Shown here: positions 38,892 to 59,229 of the stretch, piece by piece
Numbering within the stretch: the stretch's first letter is position 1
How the letters are laid out: the number at the start of each line of letters is the position of its first letter
Assembly (NCBI RefSeq): GCF_009914755.1
Contig: NC_060947.1
DNA: 64,000 nucleotides
Reading direction: 5' to 3' (one strand)
Source: the human T2T-CHM13v2.0 reference genome, Homo sapiens
The notes under the pieces: generated by a model
The model's database searches: none
What the model was told of the DNA's origin: nothing
The model's input: only the letters and a program-made list of their open reading frames with translations
Translations under genes and position numbers: made by a program

Positions 38892-40937
38892 TCAAAATGG
38901 ATGTTCAAAAACCCCTTTGACTCTGCTTTCAATTTTGGGGGGTATTACCTAAAAGTGGGGTTGCTGGGTAATTTTATGTTTCATTTTGTGAGGAGCCATC
39001 ATAATATTTGCTTGCTTTTTTAAAATAAAAATAAAAATAACCAAATCTCTCCCCAACTTTGAAATAGAAAATAAAATTATTTTACTAAACAAAGTGATTG
39101 ATTGTTTTGCTCTGATTCTTCCCCAGGTCCTATTACAATGACAAAGTATCATCATGGAAATAACATAGAGCTCACCTTCGGAAGTCAGGCTCCAGCTGGG
39201 ACCATGGATGGGGCCAGGGTGCCTGTGACTGCCCGGCCAGAGAAGGCACCCTTCTAGGGGTCTTGTGCATACATGTCTGTTTCCAGGGAAGGGCCCTTCC
39301 CCCTTCTGGTTCTCAAAGGGGTTCATGATCCCCAAGGCTGAGGACGTGCTGGGCTAAGGGACGCCTCCGTCAGGCCCAGGCTTGGGCTTGGAGGGATGTT
39401 ATTCCGCTCCTTATTCTCTTCTTTCTTTTAGTAACTTTGTACGAAATTTGCCTTTGATCCTCTTGTCAACTGGTTTTCCCATGAAATCAGTCCTTCTGCA
39501 CTTGTGGAAGGGTGGGAGAGGCTAGGTTTTCTGATTTCGCGTATGAAGGGCACTCTCTTCTGGTGACTGTGAGAACTGTGACCATCTGTCTGTTTACCTT
39601 CCATTGTACGTTCTCCGTTTGTTCTCCCTCTCCATTGTGATTCGGACTTTCTCTTTTCTTTGCCCCTATTGTGCCTGTCTTGCTTTACTTGTCTTCTATT
39701 CCCAGAAGTTTCTGCTCTGTGGGGGCCTTTGTCCTGGAGGGAAGATTTGAGAGTTAATTGGGTCCGGTCTGTTTCAGCGCCTTTAGACCTTCAGGGTGAT
39801 GATGAGCCCTCCCTTGCGTCTCCTCTGGGAGACTGTGGGCTCCTGGATAGTGGGGGCATTGGCCCCTACCTCTCTGTGTGCCTGGTGGCTGGCACAGGGG
39901 CTGACTCCACCCTGAGATGTCTGTGAAGACACTGGCCCACCAGCCCCACTCACCACGTGCGTGTCTCCTGGAGCAAGGGCTCGTTCAAGCCAGGGGCCCC
40001 TCCTTGGTAACAAATGAGAGAAACAGGCCTCCCCCACCTCCCCGAGGTCTCCTTGACCCTCCGCACCCCCGACCCCTGAGCAGGTTTATCCAAGAGCCCT
40101 GGAAGGCCTTTTGTCACTAGGCCTGCTGGGGGCCCAAGTCACCATGGGGCCCACCTGCAGGCAGGGGAGTGTGGCACTTGCTTCTCCTTCCCGCCGTCTC
40201 TCTCCCTCTCTGCCCCCAGGCCCTTCTGACCTCTGCAGCTTCACCGTCCAGCCCCCACCACCCCCCAGCATTCCCCTCCCCTTCAGAAGCCACTTAGGCT
40301 GCTCTAGCCATTAGTGGGCCCAAGAGAGCTGCAGTGGGGACGACACAGTCAAGGCATGGAGGCAGGTGAAGGGCGCAGTGGAAGGTGACGATAGAGGCGT
40401 TTGTGGCTGGCAGGCTCTAGCATTTCCCAGCACACGCATGAGCAAGGGGCAGTGGGAATCTCAGCCAGATTAAGGGCAGCACGTGCGGTGCTTTATGCAG
40501 AAAAGAGTCTGGGTGATGAAGAACAGGCTGGGGGTGTTGGGTTTCTATGACGCCTGGGTATCTAACATACAATGATCTTAGCCTGAACCTTCTCCTGGAA
40601 GAGGTGGACAGCCAGTTGGATGTATCGCTTTCTGCTGTTGATGGGGTCAAGGGCCGGGAGAAGGGAGGTCTCTATGATTTACATGGTTTGAAAAAGAAGG
40701 AATGGTTGAGTTATACTGACTGGGCTCCAGTTCACAGACAGCATCCCGAGAGATGGCTCAAAACACAGGACTGGACAAAAAGTGGGTCCCATTTTCAACT
40801 CTGGTGCACGTCCTGAATGTTTCATTGCATCTGCAAAGTGGAGGCTGAACTAGGTGAGTAGAACCGTAAGGAGACGGGCAAGAGCCATCCATGCTCTGGG
40901 CTGAGGAGCCTGGCCTGCGTGAGGAGGGGCAGTGGTC

Positions 40938-41057
40938 ATGCCCAGTTAAATTTGGAAATGCATGGGACCCCTTCTACTCAAGATAGCCATCCTTAATGGG
41001 ATGTTTGAATTTAACTGGGCTTCCAGTGTTTTTATTTGCTAAATCTGGTAATCCTAG
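40938..41057. mobile_element. MER53-like palindromic hAT MITE remnant
   Basis: Inverted arms GCCCAGTTAAATT...AATTTAACTGGGC and terminal ATTTGCTAAATCTGG.AA.CCT. Confidence 0.7.
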
Positions 41058-41604
41058 CAGTGTAGTCTGAGAGCATGCACTTCAAAGGGACTGGGTATTT
41101 TTCAGGGAGGATTGAGGGAGAATGATGTGGAAGCCACTGTGAGAAGCAAGGAGGTCACCTATGCCACCTCCAGGCCCTGTGCTCCAAGGAGGGTGGACAA
41201 GAATAGCCCTGCTGGAAAGGGCTCAGAGGATGCGGTATCCGGGGGTGGGGGTGGGGAAGTCCTGTTTCCATGACAGCATGCAAGGGAGGTACAGAAAGGA
41301 GTTTCCAGGAATGTTGGCGGGCGGCAAGGCTGGGGGGCCGTCTGTGGCAGGACACGGGGCTCTCAGCAACAGGATGCTGAGCTCTGTTGGGCTTCTCCAA
41401 AATGAGACTGGGAGGCTGTCCCATCTGGAGGATGCGTGGACTTCACTTCAGTTCAAGGAGGAGACCTATTCCTCCCCTGCAGCCTCAGGAGGGTGCCTAC
41501 TCAAGACAGTGGCTACCAAATGTAGACAGGCTTCCACTGAATGTCATTGCCCTGCCCAGTGGCTTGCTCTGAAACCTTATTGCTCATCACACACCTAAAC
41601 CCTT

Positions 41605-42343
41605 TGCCCCACTGGGTAGCCTTGCCAGCCTTACTGAAAATCAATGATCAAACATGGAGGTGTTTATTTCTGCACTCTCAATTCTATGCCATTGATTTGT
41701 ATGCCTAGATTTGTGGCAGTACCACACTGTCTTGACTGCCATAGCCTCATAGTAAGTTTTGAAACTGGGAAGTGCGAGTCCTCCAACTTTGTTGTTTGTT
41801 TCCAAGATTGTTTTGGTTTCAGAGTCCCTTGCAATCCCATAGGAATTTGGGGTCTGCTTTTCCATTTCTGCAAAGGGCTGTTGGGATTTTGAGAGGGATT
41901 GCATGGAATAAGTAGGTAAATTGGGGGAGTATTTTCATCTCCCTAAACAATAACAATTTTATATTATAGCAACATTACATCTTCCAGTCCATGGACACAG
42001 TATGGCTTTCCATTTGTTTAGGTCTTTTATTTCTTTCAATAGTGTTTTGTGGTTTTCAGTGTACATCTCCCTGGCTAAATTTATTCCTGAGTATTTTGTT
42101 CTCTTTAAGGCTATCGTAAATAGAAGTGTTTTCTTAATTTCCTATTCAAATTGTTCATAATGTGTGGAAATGCAAATGGATCTTGCATATTGACCTGGTA
42201 TCCTATAACTTTGCTGACTTTGTCATTAGCTCTGATGGCTTTGTTTGGTGGATTCTTTGGGAGTTTCTATATATAAGAACATGCCATCTATGGGTCTAGG
42301 TCATTCTATTTCTTCTTTTCCAAATTGGATGTCTTTTGTTTCT

Positions 42344-42374
<31 letters not shown>

Positions 42375-43395
42375 GCCTAATTGCTTTGGCTACAACTTCA
42401 AGTAAACTGTTGACTAGAAGTGGTGAAAGTGAACATCTTGTCTTGGTCATGATCTTAGGGAGAAAGCTTTTATTTTTTCACCATCGAGCGTGATTTTAGC
42501 TGTGGATTTTTCATGAATGACCCTTTTCATGTTTAGGAAATTCTCTTCTTATTTTTCTGAGTGTCCTTATCATGAAAGAGTGTTTGATTTTCTCAGATGC
42601 TTTTTCCACACCATTTGAGATAATCACGTGGTTTGTTTCCTTCATTTTATTAATGTGGTGTATTACGTTGTCTGATTTTCGTGTTGGACCACCCTCACAC
42701 TGATCTCACTTGCAATAAATCTCACTTGGTCGTGGTGCATAACCCTGTTACTATGCTGCCCAATTTTGTTTGCTATTACTTTTTTTTTCTTTGGAGATGG
42801 CATTTAACTCCGTCACCCAGGCTGGACTGCAGTGGTACCATCATAGCTTACTGCAGTCTTAAACTCCTGGGCTCAGGATATCCCCCTGCCTCAGCCTCCT
42901 GTATTTGCTAGCATTTTTTTGAGGATTTTTAAACTTTGTTTTCATAAGGGTCATCGCCTGTAGTTTTCCTATGGTGTCTTTTTCTTCCTTTAGTGTCATG
43001 GTAATGTTGGCCTCATAGAAGGAGTTGGGAAGACTCCCCTCCTCTTTTATTTTTTGGAAGAGTTTGAGAAGGAGTTATGTTAATTCTTCTTTAAAGGTGT
43101 GGTAGAGTTTACTGGTGAAGCCACTTGGTGCTGGGCTTTTATTTGTTCTGAGATTTTTGATAACAAAACCAATCTCTTCACTTGTTATAGGTCTATAGAG
43201 AATTTCTCTTTGTTTATGAGCCAGTTTGTTAGTTGTGTGCTTCTAATAATTTGTCTGTTTCCTCTAGATTCATTCTTAATGTAAAATTGCTCATGATACA
43301 CTCTTAGAGTCTTTTTTTTTAATCCCTGTAAGGTAAGTAGCAATGTCCTTGCTTTCATTTCTGATTTAGAAATTTGGGTCTTCTCTTCGTTTTCA
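41605..43395 (-). mobile_element. L1M ORF2 fragment
   Basis: Minus-strand translation VGGLALPSFKTYYEAMAVKTVWYCHKSRHTNQWHRIESAEIN is L1 ORF2-like; T-rich antisense L1 composition. Confidence 0.85.
42778..42900 (-). mobile_element. Alu monomer/fragment inserted in L1
   Basis: Poly-T, then GTCACCCAGGCTGGA.TGCAGTGG..CTCCTGGGCTCA..CTGCCTCAGCCTCC. Confidence 0.8.
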
Positions 43396-43699
43396 CTATA
43401 GAAGTGGTATTACTTCTTTGTTCCTGTATTGTAAAGAGGGAGCAGCTTAGTAGGCTCCCATATGTACCTTTCTATGTAATGTTGCTTGAACCAACATGAA
43501 GATGATGCAACATCCAAAGTACATCACTGACAACTAGGTCCTGAGGGAAACAAACTTGGGATGGGTCCAAAGAACTATCGGATCCCCGGTTAGAAGAACT
43601 TTAGACAGAACTGCATTATTTATGTTGGTAAATAGCCACAGGTTTTCTGGGAGAATGTGTGGCTGAGTGTTTCTGACCTCCACTTCCATCAATAAGCTC

Positions 43700-44530
43700 T
43701 GGGCCTATGAACTGACAGATCTGGACCCTCGGTGGGGGACCACAGTTTTCCACGGCAGCTGCTAACATCAGCCTTCTGCTTGCCAGCTCATGTTATTCTT
43801 TTAATAAAAATCAAGTAATAGTCCAGTCAGCTGTCCTTACATGCAGGCCCTGAGATACTACAATCTGTAACGTTGCCACAGGTCCCTGTTCATCAAATGA
43901 GCCTGACCCCACCCTGATTGTGCTGCCCAGTACGACAGTGGTGCCCACCTGAGCCCTGGTAATTTTGTGTCACCGTCTGGACCCTGCCATTTGAGAATCC
44001 TCTCATTGCCTGCCAGTTCCATGGCGGCGTCGCTTGCTTCCAACCATTGTTTTGAGAGGAGTCAAAGCAGAGGCTCTCAAAGATGCCGGGGCCACCCCAC
44101 TAGCAAATTCCTCATTTTAGAGTGTCTTCTCAGCCCTCGAAGGGGACAACATTCACAGGTAGGGCCACTGGTCTCACATAATGAATCACATCTAATACTG
44201 CTCTCCGCTCAACCCTTTCACCAATTGGTCAATATTCTGCCAAGGCAGTTCCCATAACTCCATGTCATTTACTGTAGGCTGTTGTCCAAACGTGAAGCTG
44301 CCAGCCCAGCAGGATCTGAGGCCAGCCCCAAGACAGGGAACCCCACCTTATAGCTCCGTGCTCCCACGTAAATACACTCTCCCCTATATTGAACTGTATT
44401 CTGTCTGCTGTCTTGCTGGTTCCGCATGCCCAAAATCCATTCCCACCTATGCTGTCCCAGGTCATGCCAAGGCGAACTAGCCAGCTTCTGCAGCTTATCT
44501 GAATATGAGGTATTTCCCACCCAAACAGAA
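43700..44530 (-). mobile_element. Ancient ERVL-class internal (gag-like) fragment
   Basis: Minus-strand WEWILGMRNQQ...GECIYVGARSYKVGF resembles recalled ERVL Gag WEWILRVWD...AEFIDMGPLSRDSGF; boundaries approximate. Confidence 0.5.
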
Positions 44531-44619
44531 ACCGTATTTCTCTTCTGTGCTGTGATCTTTCCTATTCAAACTTCGCGCTTGTCAGAGCGATGAAAGTTAG
44601 CGGGATGGATGTTAGGTAA

Positions 44620-44910
<291 letters not shown>

Positions 44911-46368
44911 AAGGCAACTTCCTTTACGGCAGCTCCCTTGGACGAGGTCTTTACAGAGCCTCCATGAATAAGGGGATTGCTCCCCAATTAGCAAGGGTTA
45001 GGTGGTTGCTAATGCCAGGGTGAGGGTTCAGGATATTCTAGGTATTCAAAATTCTCATGGGCATCACTCTTACAAATCTGAGGGTTCCCCTCTTTCCCCA
45101 TCAGTTGCTTACTTGGATATAGAGACCTACGAATGTGGTGTGAGCCGTCTCTGTGTGTGCAGCTCTGCCAAGCAACAGTTAAGATCAGGGCCTGATGGGC
45201 AGCAGTCTTCCTTCTGACTGGAGAAGAGGAGGTCACCTTAACCTAGCGGGCCAGGGTGGGTGACAGGCTGGGCTCTGTCATCAAACACACAGGCACCTGT
45301 GATGGAGGTCCAGCTGAGGGCAATCATGGAGGGGCCGCAGCACCTGCTCAGGCTGGAAAGGATCTCAGAGTCTATATATCCCTCAACCCACACACGTGCC
45401 CCGGATGCCTTTCAGTGACCCTGATTCAAGGAGGAGGAGAATAGATGCATGTCCGAGGCATGTCTGCCTCTCTTCAGTGGATGCCCCAGGTGTCAGTGAC
45501 ATCCAAGAGAGACCAGGTCTCCTCCCTTCACCCCAAGCCAACAGGCACCTATGACCTCACATAGTTGGGTGAACCTGGGGCTGTGCTCTCAAAAACAGGC
45601 CGTCGGCCCATGACACTGGTGAGAATTTCTCACTGACAGAGGGAAGCAGTGCATCCTTGTTACCTTAAAGATTAGGTTGTCACCTGAGTCACCACATTCC
45701 CGTCTGTTTCTATGTCACCTGAAGTCGGTCTTCAGAGCAGAGCCTTCAACCACACCTCACTTGCTCTCCCGATCTAGCATGAGGTCAGGAATGAATGAAT
45801 GGGGTAGGAAAGTAATATTAGAAGCTAGAGATAAACATGGCTCCATGAGAAAGCTGAACTCAGGTGATATGTTGGACTCGGGGAGACAGTGTTGTGGAGT
45901 AACTAAAGTGTGTTGTCTCGGTGTGTGAGGTCCACACACAGCACGGAGACGATCTGTTTCCAAATAATTGCCGGGGCCATGAGGATGTCACATGGACTGC
46001 CCAGGCAGTGTGCCCAGGAGTCTTGGTCACACTCAGGCAGAGTCTAGAGAGGGTTCCGTCGGGTCTGATGTATACACCACTTGGAAGGCTCTCTTCTAAA
46101 ATTTCGTCAGAATTTCCAAGCTATTATTGCTTTGGAAGTGTGTCTATATATTTCCTAGACCTTCCACCTATGGATTTGGACAATCTCAAGCATGACACAG
46201 CTGAAGTTCAAGGTGGGAGACACAGTGGTTTTAAGGTGACTCCAAACAGCTCCTCTGCCAATGTCGCCCCAACACATGGCCATGTGAACACATAACATGG
46301 TCTCATGAGAACAGGTGACTTCCTCTAAGAACTAAAAAAGGACTCAGGTTCATGTGAAGGCCTTCACG

Positions 46369-46374
46369 TTTATT
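46369..46374 (-). terminator. Candidate polyadenylation signal of PWWP4
   Basis: First obvious minus-strand AATAAA I noticed downstream of the PWWP4 stop (~1.3 kb). Confidence 0.4.
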
Positions 46375-47690
46375 TTAGCATCAAGTTTGAAAAACAAACT
46401 GGCTTTTCCATAACACTTATCCTCAAAAACCATCTTGTTTCAAGTTAGCCTAGCAATCTGTGGGCTTCACAACTTAGGTCTGAATTGCATCTGTTTAATA
46501 TTATTCCACCAAGGGCCGGCCCCACTTAGCGGAATGAAGGCTGCCCCTGTGACCCATTTTTCCAACTCCCAGCCCTGGCGCCTCTAGCAGCCGGGAATGG
46601 CTTACCAGCCTGTGTCTAGTTTGTTGGGACCTGTTGGAGCCGGCCCGTGAATAAGTTGGAAGATGAAGCTTGGTGACATTGAGACAAATGGCCACGTCTT
46701 GGGGGATTCTGGATCCAGAACAAGGAGCTGGCTTTACTCCAGTTTACGGGCAGGTAGACGGGCTCCTAAGCAGTTGGGCCAGCCACACAGGTGGAGAGAA
46801 GCCAGGCCAAGAAGGAGATGGCTCTAGCTGCCCTCCACAGGGGACCGACAGTTAGAGGGAGAAGATCCATCACTGTCAGTTATGAAGACAGCCTGAAGCC
46901 TGTTCTAGGAAACAGTTCAGCCGTTGAAGGAGGGTGTGGAATTTCAGGGAAATGCAGAGCGACAATCTTGCATGAGGCTGACAAGACGCTCACTGCACAC
47001 TGAGATTTCACTCAAGCACATATGGACTACGTGCAAGCCATTCGGTAACTTCATGTTTGGCCTGCAGTTTGCTTTTTGAAAAAGTATCGGAAGGTCGTGT
47101 TAACATAGGAGAAAATGACTCTCTCATGGGATTCAACTCTCGGGGCTACTTTTCAAAAAATAAACAAGCCTAGCAGGGAAAAGGCAGGAATTATCTGAAA
47201 GAGGAATCTGATGGTTTCTATCCACGTATCGCCAAAAGAATGAAAAGTCTCACTGACGTTTCCATAAAAATATACATTAGGCTTTAAAAATTATTGTTGT
47301 TTAAAAGCTGATACCAGTGGCTTTTTGTGTAAAAGAATATAGGTCCTAAGTGAAAGTACCAAGTCCAGTCAAAAGACACGTTATGAAAATCAATGCTCTT
47401 GTCTTTCAAACCTATCGGGACAACTACACATCCAAAGACGTTGAGGGAATCGCAAGGGGTTGCAATCGTTTAACAAAATAGCTCTTCACGAGTTTGCGAT
47501 GAAGACCTGGTGATGAATGTGCCACCAGCACATGCGAGAGATGGGCCCCAAATGAATTCCTCACATTCCCAAAGTCTCGAATATCCAGAACATACTTACA
47601 CGCGTTGGGGAAGGGAGGAGGCTTCCTCATTAATTCTAGAAAGGAGGCAGCTCCCTGGGAAGGTATGGGTGCGGGGGAGGCAGGCGGGAG

Positions 47691-54119
<6,429 letters not shown>

Positions 54120-55241
54120 TCAGGAAAGCATCCTTTCGTGAAACGCGAAGCACCCTGCTCAGTGAGGTTGATAAAATAAGGAAACGTGACAAGTGAGTCT
54201 TAGACAGAGGGATAGACAGATGGCAAGTATTTGGGATCATACAGAAGGTCCACAGAAGCTTTATTACACAGCAAACCCAAGGCCTTCTCCTAATTTTAAC
54301 AATTCCGTCTTGAGGAGCACCTGCATGGGGAGGTGGGTGTACCAGCAGGGACCCCACGTTTCTTACTGAGTATTCTGTGCCTTTGGGCTCCTTGGGCGGA
54401 AACCTGGGGAAATGCTTCATGTTTTTATTTCTAGGGTGCTAGTATGGACCTGTGCTTCCCAGGAAGCCCGAGGAGGTCTCCCACATGCAGATGCTGGGTG
54501 TCGGCACCATGTCATGTGCAAGAGCACCCAGAACCCAGAGCTGCGTGGCGATCATCCTGGTGATTACTGGCTACCATCGGTCGTGAGGATCGCTGCAGGC
54601 AGCGGTCACTGGCTGCCATCTGCACCTCTCTACCGTGGTTTTAAACTTTTGCCTGCCGACACCAAATCAGTGACTCTTATCCTGAAAACAAGTGTCTGTA
54701 CAACGATGGGCAAGGAAAATTCCACTGTGAAATGTCAGCGTGAGGTGAATGCAAGTGAATGTTTAGTAAATGGGGAAATCTTACCCAGTGTCACATGGAT
54801 CGCAGCAGGTTTGGTTCTGTGAGCTGGATCTCTTGCTGCTCACACTGCAAGCGCTGGTGTGCAGACCCTTCAACCCCACTCTGTGCCCCTGAAGTGCGCT
54901 GTTCTTCTGGCGACCCAGTGGCACCGCGTGTAGATGCTCAGGACCTATGCACTCCTAATGTCAACCTGGAAACACAAACACAGATAGGAAATTAAGCCAA
55001 TCAAGTGATTTATCCTGTTCCCCTCCCCAACTCTTGAATGCATGCCCTTTTGAAACAGAACTGACGTCTTCATCTCAGGCATCACGTAGTTGTCATCTTT
55101 GTTTTCTGCCTTCTTTTGCATCTCAAACAATTTCCCTGTTATGCCACTTAGCGTATGCTAGTCTTTTTCCATTTCAGAACCTTGGGAACTAGTGCTTTCC
55201 CGAGAGCATCCCCCTAAGACAGAAGGATTCCATGTTAGCAG

Positions 55242-55242
55242 T

Positions 55243-55316
<74 letters not shown>
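55242..55316. repeat. Compound microsatellite (TC)n(TG)n(AG)n
   Basis: Read directly. Confidence 0.95.
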
Positions 55317-55317
<1 letters not shown>

Positions 55318-56257
55318 AATGAAATGTGCTCAACGAGATTGATAAAATGAGGAAACATGACAGGTGAGTCTTGTCATGTTATTGTGTTTTTCTGATTCTC
55401 AAATAACATGAAATGGGTTAGCATAGAATATGAGATGTGTAGACAGACATGTGAAAGGACATCACGTCACAGAATCTCAGTCTACATGATAATGTGCCCG
55501 CTTCCAAGGCATTGCCGATGCGCCAATGTGCACACACACATGCACATATCATCTTCAACTGGAGCTCCTAACCTAAGAGCATAACTGGATACATTGTCTT
55601 GTGAATGCCCGTGTTCCTACCTCATTTGTGTGAACGTCTGTACAGTGAGGTTTCCCTGCTAGTTCCAAACTTTATTTAATGAAATGTCCCATATTATAGA
55701 AACGTGCACCGAAGATGCAACTCTTTTGTCAATCCTTCACTTCCCACCTTCCACATCGAAATACTCTGCTAGCCTGTTGTTGTTTTCTATAGCCATTGTA
55801 CAATATTTGGTACTGTGCAACATTGGGTATCATAGCTCACTTACATATTTTAGCTCATGCATTGTGGACTTCAAATTACAGGTTTCATAGGCCAATAATT
55901 ATTTTCTTAATAAATGCATGTATGTGTGTCTTTGTTCACGGGCACTGGTAGATGTAATATGAAATGTATAATGATGATGAGATATACATACTTTAGGGAA
56001 AAGTTGTACAAAACCTTTCTTAGACGAGGGTATATGAACGTACAGGTTTAATGCCCTCTTCTTTAGAGAACTCAGAGTACTGGGTTGTCAAGCACAAGTG
56101 TCAACTGAGGACCCCGAACAAAAGTGAGAAGGAATCACCAATGACCCTGGCACTTCAATCTCCCCTTAACTGGACCTGCCAGCCCATGTCACAAAACAGG
56201 TGTGACTGGGCACCCTCAAGCCCAAGTCAATGCCTACCCACATCCCCAAATGCAGAG

Positions 56258-56297
56258 TCTCTCCTCTCTTCCTCTCTCTCTTTCTCTCTCTCTCTCT

Positions 56298-56341
<44 letters not shown>
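56258..56341. repeat. (CT)n(CA)n microsatellite
   Basis: Read directly. Confidence 0.95.
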
Positions 56342-56344
<3 letters not shown>

Positions 56345-56954
56345 GGAAACTCAAGGAGCCTGGCATTGATGCATAGAATCCATGCTCACTGCCTCTACAC
56401 ATTCCTGCAAATGTTTCTGCTTCCAGTACAAATGCTGTTTTCTTCTCCATTTAGTTTCTTATTTTAAACATAGACAGGGAAACATCTAAAGGGATGTCTA
56501 AAATTTCTAAATAGGAAATATAGTAAGCATCAGCAATCCCATCACCCAGAAATGCTTATTGCAAGTATATGAGTCCACACACTCCAGAATTTTTGTCCTG
56601 TTTATACATGTATATTTCTACAAGATATTTAAAAGCTTAAAGTTTGCACAGCCATTTGAATATTCTTCAGTATTGGCATCTGGCAACATCTTTACAGGTG
56701 TGAAACAGTTTAAGGGACTGCCTCCTACAGACCTCCAAAATATCCATTGCAGCTAAGTTCGGATGGCCAAAGCCATGCCTCCTTAAGAGAGATCATCAGA
56801 AGGGAAGTGTGTGAAATCAAAATATGAAATGTTCTCTCACCACATGCGTTGGCCCATCGCCCAAATACCTTCTATCAAGGGTTTGCATATAGTCTTGCTG
56901 GTGACTTTCTCCCCATATTTTGTACTAAGGGAAACACAATTGTTTTCCCTCCCT

Positions 56955-57420
56955 CTAGAGAGAGAGAGAGAGGTAGGTAGGTAGGTAGGCAGGTAGATGG
57001 GGGATAGACAGATGGATAGACAGATAGATAGATGGATGCATACAGGTAGAGATGGATATAGATTGATGAGGTTGAATGACTCATAGGGATAGATAAAAAT
57101 AGATGGATAAAAGATAGAGATAGATAAAGATATATATTAGCTAGAAGGTCTATAGATATTCAGAATAATAGAGAGCCAGAGATAGAGACATAGATGGTGG
57201 AGACAGATGATGAAGAGATATATAGAGAGAAAGACAGTTGGATATAGAGATAGATAAATATAATTTTATAGAAGATAGCGGCTTGATAGATATGAAGAAT
57301 GATAAGAATAGATAGGTGATAGATGGATGGATAGAGATAAAGATAGAGATGGATGAAGACAGAGAGATGATGGATGGACAGCAGAGTGGCTAGAGATAGA
57401 GCAAGATAGCTAGACAGGTC
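56955..57420. repeat. Degenerate GATA/GAGA-rich low-complexity tract
   Basis: Imperfect (TAGA)n/(GATG)n over ~460 bp. Confidence 0.85.
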
Positions 57421-58904
57421 TACATCTATGTCTGTCTAGGTTTACCTTTACCTGTCTATATTGCAGATCCAGCTAGATCACGATGTGCAAATATTGATCT
57501 ACTTCCGCATACCGGGATCTATGAGATAAAAAGGGAACATTCACTAAGCCCAACTCAGTTTTGTGAGTGAACCCAAGTTCTCAGACTATTGAGTGAGTAG
57601 GACAATGTGTTGAATATTTTACTTCAAAATGAAATCAAACACCACCTGCACAATGAGACTAAGCAGATGAACATAAAAGGAAGACAGGATAAATAGTGAG
57701 TCTACAATCTATAACATCACAGTCCATTTTAGGTCCCTAAAGACATTATCAGTAGAGCATTTTCTATTTTTGGTATATAACTTTTATTCTATTCCATTTG
57801 CTCTTTAGTTGAGGGATGAAGGAACTAGAAGACCGTGAGCTTTTATTTCTCCCAACGACAGCCATGATTTGGGGGATAATTATTTTGGAAGCCCTGTGTT
57901 AATTCCTTTCTCAAGTGAGGGTTCATTTACTTTTTAGGAACAAGTAAAAGAACACAGTCCTCAGCAGCTCTTCTCAAAGTGGGGTCCGTTTCCTGACGTG
58001 GTCCCCCTCCCACCGAGAGGCATGCATCCTCCCTCCAGCACCCCTCCCTAGCATTACCAGAGCTTTGTGGAGCTCCCGTCGGCTGCTGGGTGTGTGATTT
58101 TAGACCTTCCCCCAAACAGGTGTTTCCTTCAAAGGATGAGCTGGCGGCATCCTTTAGTACAATAAAGGCACCGTGTATTAAATGGTTTCTCTAAAGGAAG
58201 TACATTCTTGTGTATTCCTACACCTTCCGTTTGCGCTGGTGAATTGCACATAAACTTTCAACGTAACTTTAGAGACAGGTCTACGCTTTCCTAGGGTTTG
58301 CAGTGCACTTGTAGCACCATTGGGTGAGAATTGGTATCGGTCCAGTTTTCCCCTTATTCTGTTCACTAATTGCATGCATCAGTAGAGGATGCAATTAGTG
58401 AACAATTGCACCGCTCTCCGACCTGGAGAGCAGAGCCGTTTGGTAGACAATAGGAACACAATGGCCCGCCCTGGTGAAGGAGCCTGTGTTTTTCGCTTCT
58501 GTCATCGAGAAGGGGCCCTCACTGATTTTCACTCAATTCACCTCATCGTAGTTAGCGGAGTGAGACCAGGAAATTCACCTTTTACAGAACATGGGTCTCA
58601 AGGGTCAGCTACGCAGGATGAGCCCAGCATGAGTCCCGGCCTGCTCAAAGTGACAGGAGGCCTTCCAGTCCTACCCATGGTAGCTCCTCATTTGCCGGCA
58701 TCAGATTTCCCTCTCCTAATGTATGCATCGTACGTTCTTACAATGAGGAGGCGAGCAAATTTCCATCCTGAAGGAGACCTGCGACATTCCTTTGAGTTCA
58801 GAAATCCTTGTGGATCTCTGCTTTAAAGGACTGACTCGGGTGACAATGCTCTGGCTCAACAGGTGTCACCTCAGGACAGTGAGTCAGGACAGTCAACTCA
58901 ATGC

Positions 58905-59205
58905 CACACACATTCACACACACACAGAGACACATACTTCCTCACACACACACATCCATACACACACCCCCAAACACACACACATCCTCACACACACACA
59001 TCCTCACACACACATCCTCACATACAAACACGCACACACATGCACACGCATCCACACACATCCACACACACACCCCCAAACACACACACATCCACACACA
59101 CGCGCGCACACACATACACACATGTCCACACACATCCTCACACACACACCCACACACGCACACACCGTCACACACACACACACAGACACACATCCTCACA
59201 CATAC
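58905..59205. repeat. Long imperfect (CA)n tract
   Basis: Read directly; sub-unit CACACACATCCT recurs. Confidence 0.9.
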
Positions 59206-59229
59206 GCCCTCACCTCCCCCCCGCCCCCG

